Of a stretch of DNA of 64,000 bases, positions 1-10,800 are shown piece by piece. The stretch is from Macrostomum lignano (lineage: Eukaryota), in assembly GCA_002269645.1 (NCBI GenBank), contig NIVC01000445.1:534518-598517 (forward strand). Direction: 5' to 3'. The position numbers were made by a program, and so were the translations under genes. Under the pieces are notes generated by a model. That model made no database searches. It was not told the DNA's origin and saw only the letters and a list, made by a program, of their open reading frames with translations. Every line of letters starts with the position of its first letter. Position 1 is the first letter of the stretch.

Positions 1-214
1 GCACGCGACCCCAATCCTCTTCACTTGGGAGTTGGCTGTGAGGCGCGTGCTCATTGTGAGTTCTGTAGTGATAAAACTGGTGGGCAAGAGGCTGGCTTTT
101 ATTGTCCAGCCAGCCAGACAAGAGAGAGAAAGTCTTGAAAAAACACCCAAACAAAACTAGCAGAGTCAGCCAGTCTACTTAGATAGCAGCCTTAGTAGTG
201 TTGGATTATTCAGA

Positions 215-3200
215 ATGCTGTCGTCGGAGCAGGCCCAGCAGCGTCGTAGGCCTTTCTCTCAGTTCTCCTCCTCCATGCGTTCTTGCCGACGTCGCCTGTC
301 TCGTCGGCGCCTTCCGCCGCTTGCTTCACCGCCGCCGCCGACGCTGCCGTCAGCTCAGTCGCAGGCTGCAGCAACAACAACAACTAGGCAGTTGTACAGT
401 CGCAAGCGCCGCTCCAGCATTGGCGCCGCTGCTGTTGCTAATGATGTACCGCGCAGCTTCAACTTCTGCTCAACTGCCAGCGTTATTAACGTTGTCGCCA
501 CGCCTACACCGCCGCCCCGATCGCCGGCGCATAAGCGTCGTCGCGGAGTTGAACCCGGCGGCGTTGGTGTCGACAATTTGAATAACGTCGCCTCTTGCAG
601 CGGCAGCGGCTTGGGTCTATTTCGCCGCCTGCGCGACTCTTTGCGCCGTCCATTCCTAACTAGAAGCAGCCGGCCGCGCAAATACCGGCTGAACACTAGC
701 GGCATAGCTACTAATAGTAATACTGCTAGCCAGCACGCCAGTAGTAGTAAACCTATTGCAGTCAGTAGCGCCAGTCTGTGCCATCGGTCGGCCGCCGCCG
801 CTTTCTGGCGTCTGCGAACCGCTTCGCCGTCGCCCTCGCCCTCGGGTGGCTCACCGACCCCGGTGCGGCGCCCGCCTCAATCGCCGTTATTATTATTCGC
901 CGCCTCTTCGTCCACAGCCTGCCAGCGAATGGCCGCCTGCAGCACAGCCAGACGCTGCCAGACCCCAACAACAGCAGCGGCGGTTGCTGGCGGCGCTGGC
1001 CGACCGTCGCCCAGTCATCATCACCAGCAGCAGCAGCAGCAGCAGCATCGGGCTCTGTTAGGCGCGTACAATCTACCGCCACCTGGTCAGGGACACGCGA
1101 GCGCCGGACGCGAGGTGAGACTATTAATAATTCTACAATGAAATCGATTTTTAATAAATAGAGAGCCATCTGGCCTTAGCTAGACTATTGTTAAAGTAAG
1201 CAAATAAGTCCTCTCTGTCTGCCTACCACGGGAGTGAAATTATTCAAGCTTTGTACGAGTATGAGTGAAGTGGGACGGTTTAGTTAGCAGAATTTTCCGA
1301 GTTTCGTTCGCAAACACTTCTTCTTAGCTAGCCTTAACCCTTGCCCAAGTGAAGAATGATGAAGAATAAATTATTTCTATATCTGTGTTGAAGAGACGGC
1401 GAGCTTGTCTTGTCTTTAAACCGGCATTGCGCAATCAAAAAATTGTTCAAATTGTTGTCCGTGTTCAACTTTGGATTGACATTGTCAAGTGGCTTTGCCC
1501 TCTTCTCGGCTCGGGGAGTGTAGAAGCTTGTGGATCAGGACATGGAAAACTGGTAGCAGTGGCGCCGAGCTGAAGCGCCTAAAATGAGGTAGCAGTGGCG
1601 CCGAACTGAAGCGCCTAAAATAGGGTAGCAGTGGCGCCGAACTGAAGCGCGCCTAAAATGGGGTAGCAGTAGCGCCAATGAAGCGCCTCTGGTAGCAGTG
1701 GCGCCATTAAAGCGCTTTTAGTAGCAGTAGCCCCAATGAAGCGCCAGTAGTATGATAGTAGTGGCGCCAAAGCCAAACTAAAGCGCCTAAAATGGGCAGC
1801 ATTTGCGCCATTAAAGCGCCAATAGTGTAGGGTAGCAGTGGCGCCAATGCAGCGCCTTAAATAAAGCCCCAGAGCGGTGGCTCGTGGCGTCAAACTAAAG
1901 CTTTAAAGAGCAGGGCAGCCATAAATGAATTCGTAATTTATAAAATTATTTTATATCTAACACAGGGCCAACCATGGCTCTCTGCATTTTTTTTAGCATT
2001 CAAAAGAAGCTTTGCAACCAACCAAGGGTTGTTAGTTTTCAATTTTGATATGGGCGGGTTTTGTTGTATTAAAAAAACAGCACCAGACCATAGAGAGGAA
2101 CCTAGGCTTGGATGGAAGTCTCATTGTTGTGCAGCCGGTTGCGGGTATCCAGGTCCCGCAGCCTTACAGCTGGGTAATAATCAATTCTTGTGCTCGTCCT
2201 CTGGCCCCGGTTTTTCATATTCGAGTAGCACGAGGTTGAAGTTGTCTCCAGGCCCTCTTCCGCAATCTTCTTCCCCAACTCCGAGAAGGGGGCTTCTCGA
2301 CCGGCCTCCACTTCTCCGCTCGGTTTCAACTCCCCAGGGGCCGCTGCCCTCGGTCGGGGGGGACCGATTTTGTTCTGAATTGTGTGTGTGTGTGTTGTTA
2401 AGAGTTTGGATTATTTATTGCCTAGCCAAAGCTATTGTAACATCGTGCGGGTATTGTTAATATATAAACGAGTTAGAATTGGGATATATTAGGCTGGGGG
2501 GGGGGCTGGTTTTAGAGTTTCCTTCTAAAATTCCTCAAACCCGGGCGGGTGGCCCCGTCCCCCCGTCCCCCTGGCTGCAGCTGTTTTATAGGGGCTCCAC
2601 AGGGTTCGTTCTATTTTTAATTAGTTTATACCTGAGCCTTGCCTGCCGGCCATATATGGCATGCGACTCTTGGCCAGAAGTATAAGACTAGACGCACCCT
2701 AAATTGATTCCCATAAAAATGCTTTGTCCTTGTTCTGTTAGACTGGTAAACGATGCGTGCATTTAAAATTTTATATTCTATACAGACCGCCTAAAAATTC
2801 ATATTAGCTAGTATTTTTTGCGCAGCACAAGCTACTGTCTACTTGAAGTAGAATACGATTATTTTTTGTGTGTATGTAGCATGTAGGGGTCAAGCGCGGC
2901 GCTCTGATGTGCCAGTGGCCCAGGCTCGATTCCCAGTGCAGTCACATTATTTTTGGGGCTAAATTTGAATTTAGATTTGCCTAACGATAAATAAAGTTAG
3001 GGCCGCTGTACACTCCTGTGTGAGTTTGTGACTGTGCGTATGACTGCGTACGTATCCGCGCGGTTGTGTGCCTGCTCAGGGGTGCACATAAAGCAATCAA
3101 ATTCTTACAGTCTACTTACAGTAGTATGTACAATAGTTGCAAAATGCGAATTACATTTCCAGTATCAGCATCAAGTCCTGCTGCCGGCCAGTTTAGCTGC

Positions 3201-3601
3201 TCACCAGTACTACGAACCCGCTGCTCACAGCTTGCCTGTTCAACAGCAGGCGTCTCCGCAGCAACTGTCTAGCGGCAAGAAGACCTCCGACAGCACCCTA
3301 TGGGTGAGTAGCCCGCATAGCGCGCAGTTAGGCGTGTTGTGTAATGTTTTTTTTCAAATACACAGTTTGATAACTGGGGTCTGTTGATAATTCTCAGGAC
3401 CACCGGCCAGCTGCTGGCGATCCCGGGCACAACACCTCGATGGCTTCTGGCCAGCCGGCTTACTATTCTTCCGTGGCCGGATCGGCTGCTGTAATTACAG
3501 CATCGGCCAGCTGTAATCAGCCGCAGCAGCAGCCTCCGTTAGGCATGCGAGGCTCGAGAGAGCGGGCCAGCTACGCTCACGGTGTCTCCTTTGTCAGCTC
3601 G
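215..3601 (+). CDS. AGAP: Probable 5' exons of the AGAP gene (low-complexity S/A/Q/R-rich N-terminus): join(215..1114,3163..3303,3398..3601)
   Basis: GC-rich open exons with canonical sites: acceptor 212-213, donor GTGAGA 1115; ttccag 3162/GTGAGT 3304; ctcag 3397/GTAAGC 3602. All are phase 0 and join stop-free into the 3854 exon, giving 974 aa in total. No recognisable domain, so linkage rests on splice signals and phase only. Confidence 0.65.
1550..1880. repeat. Degenerate tandem repeat (ggtagcagtggcgcc / aagcgcctaaaat modules, about 18-38 bp) in AGAP intron 1
   Basis: About 9-10 recurrences of gtagcagtggcgcc-like cores alternating with aagcgcc. Confidence 0.8.
2870..2946 (+). mobile_element. 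Degenerate tRNA-derived (SINE-like) head
   Basis: A-box-like TAGCATGTAGGGG (about 2877) and B-box-like GGCTCGATTCC (2923-2933) at tRNA spacing; no intact cloverleaf. Confidence 0.35.
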
Positions 3602-3853
3602 GTAAGCTCTTGAACACACCGTGTATGATTCCTGATAATGGGTCTTAATGACTGCCGATATGTATCGATAGTACAAAAAACTTAAAGTTAACCAACGTTT
3701 TTCTATAAAGTTGGGCAAGTTTAGCGCCGATATGTATCGATAGAGCCAAAACTTGTTGCCTAAAACCAAAATAGCTGCTTTTCAAATTTATCGCCAGTGT
3801 GTTAATGGTAGTATGGTATATACTGTAATTATTTATTAAAATATATCTTTTAG

Positions 3854-6229
3854 GAGCAGCAGCAGCAGCAGCAACCACAGCAGCAGCCACTCCAGCAGCA
3901 GTCCAGCAGTGGCGCTACGCCAACCCAGGGCCGCAAGAGCCGGCGCCGGTCCAATCTATTCAGCCGCAAAGATGAACAACAGCAGCAACAACAGCAGCAG
4001 GCAATGTCGGCAGCAATGTCCGCCCCAACCTCCACTGTTGGATCCGGCCGCGCTATCCCAATGAAGCAGGGCTACTTGTACAAGCGCAGCGCCGGCGGCG
4101 CCCTGTCCCGCGCCGATTGGAAGAAAAAATACGCCGCCCTAGCGGAGACCGGCCAGCTGACTTACTACTCCAGCCTGCACGACTACATGGCGGATAGCCA
4201 CGGCAAGACTATCGACCTTCGGCTCACCACCGTCAAGGTGCCCGGCCAGACCAGGCCGACTTCCAACGGCCTGCTGTTGAAGACGCAGCTCTCGCAGCAG
4301 CAGCAGCAATCGGCACAGTCGTCGCAGCATCCGCAGCGGCGTCGGGCAAAGTCAAGCGGCCGCGGCGGCGGCGGCGGCATTGGCGACTCGGCGAAGACGC
4401 CAGATGACGACTGCTCAGTCGGCTCATCATCGGCTTCGGGCACCCCGGCCGCGCTGGGCCCGCCAGGCTCCGGCTTCGAGTTCACCATCGTGTCCTTGGA
4501 CAATCGAACCTGGCAGTTCGAGGCGCCCAGCCAGGCCGAACGAGACGACTGGGTTCGCTCCATCGAGCAGGGCATCCTGCGCCAGCTGCAGCTCCTTGGC
4601 CGAGACGGAAATCCGGTCAAAAATGGCGCCGGCGCCTCGTCCGCCTCCAACACCTCGCCATTGTCCTCGGCTAGCGGAGCCACTGCCGCCGCTGCAACTG
4701 CCTCGGCTGCCGCGTCCGTCCAGCTGCTGCGCGACATCCTTGGCAACAACGTCTGCGCCGACTGCGGCCGTCCAGACCCCGACTGGGCCAGCATCAACCT
4801 CGGCGTGCTGCTCTGCATCGAGTGCAGCGGAGTTCACCGCAATCTGGGCACTCATCTCAGCCGGGTTCGCTCCCTCAATCTGGACGACTGGCCAGCTAAT
4901 AACGTGCTAGTGATGCGGGCCATTGGAAACCGCCTGGCCAACTCTGTCTGGGAGGCTTGTCTTGACCCCGCATCCGGCGTTTATAAGCCCAATGCGGATT
5001 CGCCTCGCGAATTAAAAGAACAATTCATTCGGGCTAAGTACGAACGGCGCGAGTTCCTGCCGGAGCTGCCCTATCCCGACTGTCCCATCCAGCAGCAGCT
5101 GGTGGACGCCATTGCTCGATCCGACACCAGACAGGTGAGAATCCCGCATCCGCATTCACTCTACCAGATCGTCAACAACTCTACCAGATCCTCACCCACT
5201 CTACCAGATCCTCACCCACTCTACCAGATCGTCAACAACTCTACCAGATCCTCACCCACTCTACCAGATCCTCACCCACTCTAATCAGATCCTCGCCCAC
5301 TCTACCAGATCCTCACCCACTCTACCATATCCTCGCCCACTCTACCAGATCCTCCGCCCACTCTACCAGATCTTCACCCACTCTACCAGATCTTCACCCA
5401 CTCTACCAGATCCTCACCCACTCTACCAGATCCTCGCCCACTCTACCAGATCCTCACCCACTCTACCAGATTCTCGCCCACTCTACCAGATCCTCGCCCA
5501 CTCTACCAGATCTTCACCCACTCTACCAGATCCTTAACAACTCTACCAGATCCTCACCCACTCTTCCAGATTCTCACCCACTCTAATCAGATCCTCGCCC
5601 ACTCTACCAGATCCTCACCCACTCTACCATATCCTTGCCCACTCTACCAGATCCTCCGCCCACTCTACTAGACCTTCACCTACTCTACCAGATCCTTACC
5701 CACTCTACTAGATCCTCACCCTACTCTCACTGCGAGATTGCCAGCCACACTCCCAGTCTCTCGCCACGCACTCTCATCGCTGCACGGCATTAGATTTATG
5801 GCTTAACACACAAAACTCGTGAATCCGCAGGTAATTCTCTGCCTAGCCGTGGCCGGGCCGGCAGTGAACCGAGCCTACTCCCAGCAGGATCCCCGGGCCG
5901 CCGTGCACATCGCGGCCACCCTGGGCCAGCTGCCCTACCTCCAGCTGCTACTGTGGTACGGCGCCGATCCGGCCGTGCGCGACGCCGAAGGCCGCACCGG
6001 CCATTTCTACGCCGCCGCAGCTGGCAAGCCCGACTGCGCCGAATTCCTTCTGCTAGCCGGCTGCCCGCCCACCAACCTGATGTCGACGTCTATGGCGACT
6101 GCGACTAATAATACTGCTTCTACAGCTGCCGCTACTAATTCGTCAGTGTCGTCATCGTCAAGGCGACGATCGTCGAGGACTGCTAGTCCAACATCGCCAA
6201 CTAATGCAACAATGGAAATTGGACTGTGA
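3854..6229 (+). CDS. AGAP: AGAP/centaurin-gamma ArfGAP, core exons (PH - ArfGAP - ankyrin): join(3854..5134,5831..6229)
   Basis: Reads TPTQGRKSRRRSNLFSRK then VGSGRAIPMKQGYLYKRS...WKKKY...LTYYSSLHDYMADSHGKTIDLRLTTVKVPG (AGAP split PH domain). ArfGAP zinc finger CADC-x16-CIEC is followed by SGVHRNLG (Arg finger). Ankyrin AVHIAATLGQLPYLQLLLWYGAD follows. Acceptor tttag 3853, donor GTGAGA 5135, acceptor ccgcag 5830, all phase 0. Confidence 0.93.
5157..5722. repeat. 20-bp minisatellite (ctctaccagatcctcaccca)n in AGAP last intron
   Basis: 20-bp periodicity visible directly; starts about 22 nt after the donor at 5135. Confidence 0.95.
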
Positions 6230-6670
6230 AGGCTTCTGTGCACTGATCCTGTGTATATACATGCCCTATTTGGATAGAAACTAATGGAGTCGAGAGTTCT
6301 ACCTTATACTGTCGCAGAGGCATTGACAATGCAATAACAATACATTGCAATACTGGCGCCTTTGGTGTTGTTCTTATTCATAACACTTCCAAGTATTGAT
6401 TATATTCTGTTATATGGTTGACGATTCTCCTCTGCTCTCTGTGTAACTATTGAACTTTTCCTCTATTTCTCTTTGCTTAAATTAGGTTTTAAAAACACTT
6501 GTATATCATAATGTACTCCGTTTGTTATTTAGTCAGTTAAATTGCTCTCTATTTTTGCTACTGCAAGTAATATTCTATTCTATATATCAATAATATATAC
6601 GTTTTCTAGTCTGCATATTAGAAACAATTACATGCAATGCAAACAATATTCCATTTTTCTAACTAAAGAA

Positions 6671-6676
6671 AATAAA
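6671..6676 (+). terminator. Candidate polyadenylation signal of AGAP
   Basis: AATAAA about 440 nt after the stop, in AT-rich 3'UTR-like sequence. Confidence 0.35.
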
Positions 6677-7509
6677 ATAACCAGCTAATTTTGACTTTAC
6701 TAATTTCTTTTTCAAAAATGATTCGCTTGTAACTACTAGCTATTCAGTTCAGTAGTATACAGAGCACTTAGTGTTATTTTTCTTTATCCATTGTCTATGG
6801 CTTTTAAGGCTTAGCTTAAGTTTTTATTTTCATTTATATTATCTCTAAGTAACAGCTAATTTTTCAACTCTTAGCTTGCATTTTCTGTAGCCTAAAAAGC
6901 GTTTTCAATTCATTACTTTGCTTTGGTTTAGTTATCACTGTATCGGAATTGCCAGCATGAAGTGGTTAGTTTGGTCGCTCAAATTTGCACTGTTGGAGCT
7001 TAATTCTGTTAACACAGTAAATATACAAAGACAACAGTTTGCTTCTCCAACTCTGACTACTGGACTATCTGTTGCAGAGTCATTTTTCTCACCTTATTGG
7101 CAAAGATCGCATTTAAATTGCTTTTAAATAGTAGTTACCGTCTTTCTCCTTTATTTGTTACTTTCAAACAATAGAAGGTCACTAAGTACATGTCTGAGAA
7201 GGTTTGGGATATTCGGTAATGAAACTACGCTCGTACAAGTGTGAATAGTACTCTACGTACTGTATATTGTCATTTCCAAGACCAACTCAACTCCAAAAGG
7301 AGCCAGGGCGTCAGTGAGAAGTCCTTTTGAATGTGAGAAACGAATAGTGTTCGTTCGTCTATCGTGAAGGTTCTACTTTAATAAGGGCTTTTTCAAGTTT
7401 CAAGATGATTCAAGGCTGATATAGAGTAGAGAGAGATATTGCTTGGAGATGCCTATTGCCTAGTCTGATGGGGGGGTTTCTGAGATGTCGATTACCAAGG
7501 GTCCAATGG

Positions 7510-7765
7510 TGTGTTGGATTTGGAGTGCCTGCGTACCGACCCTCTGCTATGTGTAGCGTCGCCAGTGTACACTTGGCGGTCCCCGTCTCAGAGTGTGTTG
7601 GGGTGGGGTTGATGTGCGTGAGGCGTTGATGAGTTAGAGAGTTGGAGAGAGAGAACATCGATTTAATTTAATATATATGCAATAATTTAGCCACAGGGCT
7701 CATTTACCTGTTTTTTTGTTAAAGTCTAACCCTCAGATTTATTAGACTTAATTATTTCTTTAACA
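7510..7765 (+). repeat. 5' LTR
   Basis: tgtgttggatt...tctttaaca; no difference from the 3' LTR found by eye. Confidence 0.97.
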
Positions 7766-7777
7766 TGGCGCCCGAAC
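7766..7777 (+). other. Primer-binding site (tRNA-Lys type)
   Basis: TGGCGCCCGAAC directly after the LTR matches the first 12 nt of the tRNA-Lys(UUU) PBS known from retroviruses (TGGCGCCCGAACAGGGAC). Confidence 0.8.
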
Positions 7778-7847
7778 CAAAATCACAGTAAAATCAAGCA
7801 GTGAGCGCAAGAGTGCTACAGTGACTCAGCGATTTTTCAACAACAGC

Positions 7848-10800
7848 ATGGACTCCAGGAAGAGAGGCGTGTTACGAGCGACGGTCACCAGACTGGCACA
7901 GAAAGCCGAAGACCTGCTCAAAACAGATGCTGCTGAAGATGAAATCGACAGCGTTCTAGAGGCTCTACGGTTCAAGAAGCAGCAGCTCCAAGCAGCAGAT
8001 GAAGAGCTCGCCGCGGAGGTTGACGAGAAGGACGTGCAGGCTGAAGCAGAGACGACAATGGAGTACGACCTGCTGGCTGGCAAATTGATCTCAAACCTCA
8101 CCAGACGGCTCCAGGAGCTTCAGACCGCGCGGACCGGCACGCCGCAGGCAACAAATCTGCTGCAGAATACAGCCATACAGACGACGACTTCGTCCAAGTC
8201 TTCGGAAGAGAATTCTTCAACGACAAGGACTCAGACTGCCATCAGGTTGCCAAAACTGCCGCCACCGTCATTCAGTGGCGATCGGACCCAATGGACGGAA
8301 TTCTGGGACCGCTTCAACTCCAGTATCCATGACAACCCGAGCCTGAGTGTCGTCGACAAATTCAGCTACCTGCAGTCGTGTCTGTCTGGGGAAGCCCGAA
8401 ACTCGATCGCTGGTCTCAACATCACGAAGGACAACTACCATATCGCCATCGACAACCTGCAACGACGATTTGGATCCCGCAACGGAGCCGTGCGCGAGCA
8501 CCTGGCAAAGTTCTCGGTGCTGACCTGCTCCAGTTCGTCGGCACAGCACCTGAGGAATTTCTACGACCAAGTCAATGGAAATGTCCGCAGTCTGACGAAT
8601 CTCGGGGTGAGTGTCGAATCTTACGAATCCATGTTGCTGCCCAACTTGCTGGCGAAGCTGCCGGAAGTCGTTCGTCTCGGGATGCTGAGAACTGCTCGGA
8701 TTGCTTCCGTCGGTTATTCCTTTGGTAGCAGCTTGTCGCAGATGAAGGATGGCAATGGCTTAGATTCTGTGACGGAGTTTCTGCAGGTCTTGGAAATGGA
8801 GATTTTAGTCCGGGAGGAGGCGGCCGTTGGAGCTGCAGGGCAGACGTCCGGTTCCAATGGAGCGTCCAAGACTGCTGGTGAGAAACAGACAAGGGATGGC
8901 GGCACAGTGGCTGCGCTTCACACGAAGGTCAAAAAGGTCAGCACGGCTTGTCCCTTCTGCGAAACTGAACATGCTCCAGAGAAGTGCACTCGCCTGGTAG
9001 ACGTTGCGGCACGACTCCAGTTTTTGAAGGAGCAGAGGCGTTGCTTCAGCTGTCTCTGCAAGGGACACAGCGTCAAGACCTGCTACCACAAGAAGCAATG
9101 TGAATTCTGCCAGATGAAGCATCACCCAAGTCTCTGTAGCGCACGCATGGAGAAGCTGCAGGGTAAGGATGGACCGAAGGCACCCGGCTCCACACTTGGA
9201 AAGGTGGGAGAAGACCGGAAGAAGTCCGAGCAGGCTGCTGCACAGAATGTGAAGAGTCAAGAAGTGAAGACCATGGCTATGGTGACAAAAGCTCAAACAG
9301 TGATCCTTCCAACAGCGGGAGCTGTACTGATTTCGACTGTTAACAATCAGGAGACTCCGGTGCGAATTCTCTTTGACTCTGCAAGCAACCGTTCGTTCAT
9401 CTTGACCAGCTTGGCTGAGAAGATGGGGCTCCAGGTCATGGGCAGAGAGACGATGGAGGTGACAACATTCGGTGGCACAGAGGCCAAGGTGCTGCAGACT
9501 GCGATGGTCGAGTTCAAGCTTCGGAAATCTGACAGCACCGCCCAGTTCACAGTGCGCGCCAACACAGTGCCTTACATCTGCTCTCATCAGCCAGTTGTCA
9601 GCAGCTTGTGCATGAAGCACTTTCAACACCTCGACATGGCAGACTGGGACATCGGTGGTGAACAGAATCCCGAGATCAGTATCCTCATCGGAGCTGACCA
9701 ATTCTACGACCTCGTCACAGGTCAAGTGATTCGCTCAGAGGTCGGCTCCGGTCCAGTTGCCGTATCCAGTCAGCTCGGTTGGTTGCTGTGCGGGTCACTG
9801 TCAGATGGGATCGCCGCAAGTGAGCTAGAGACTAGGTCAGAGCAGGTTCTTCTCTGCTGTGCTCAAGGAGCGGAGAAAGGTCTGGACAGCAGCACCATCG
9901 AGGCGTTCTGGACTTTAGAAGGTCTCGGCATCAGAAGTGCAGCCGAGCCTGATCAGCGTCCACTGACTCTGAATGCCCAGTTCCAAGAGGGTCGCTACTC
10001 AGTTCAGCTGCCGTGGAAGATTCCCAAGAAGGAATTAAGATTGCCCGACAATTTTGAGGTAGCGTTCAAGAGACTAAAGAACAATCTGACGAGGCTGCGT
10101 CGTGAGCCTGCGCTACTTCAGGAGTACCACCGCATTCTGACCAGTCAGAAGGAAGCTGGCGTAGTCGAAGAAGCTCCAGATGGGACCAGCGATCTCATCC
10201 ACTACCTACCCCACCGAGCCGTAATCCGTCCTGAAGCTGAATCGACCAAAGTTCGAGTGGTTTTCGACGCGAGTGCCAAGCGAGATCAGTGCAGTCCATC
10301 GCTGAATGACTGTCTGGAAACAGGAACCTGTTCGTTGGCCGAGATTCCGCGACTGCTTCAGGCCTTTCGACTTCATCCGATCGCCTTGACTGCCGATATT
10401 GAGAAGGCTTTTTTGCAGATCCGAATTGCAGAAGACGATCGCGATGCTCTACGATTCCTCTGGCCACGGGATCCCAGTCAAGCTGATTCACCTCTCGTTG
10501 TTCTGCGCTACGCTGCTCTGGTGTTCGGACTCACCTGCTCACCTGCCGTCCTGGAGACTGTCATTCAACACCACTTGGCATCTCACCGAGGCCAGCATGC
10601 AGAGTTCGTGGATAAGGTGTCCAAAGAAATCTATGTGGACAACCTGATCTCTGGGTGCGTGGATGAACAGCAGGCCCTGGATCTCATCCAAAAATCCCGG
10701 CACATATTCCAACAGGCTGGAATGAATCTGCGACACTGGCAGTCCAACAGCAAGAATGTATTGAAAGCGGTTCGCGCCAGCACACTAGACAGTGATGTTC

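Noticed and set aside
198-1169. Overlapping alternative-frame and antisense ORFs over GC-rich exons (also 4139-4910, 8268-13387, 60972-62332)
   Set aside because: Shadow ORFs expected from GC-rich codon usage; no domains.
2000-2750. Possible decayed retroelement/LTR fragment in AGAP intron 1
   Set aside because: GC-rich patches and an antisense AATAAA, but no paired termini, TSD, PBS or recognisable protein motif.
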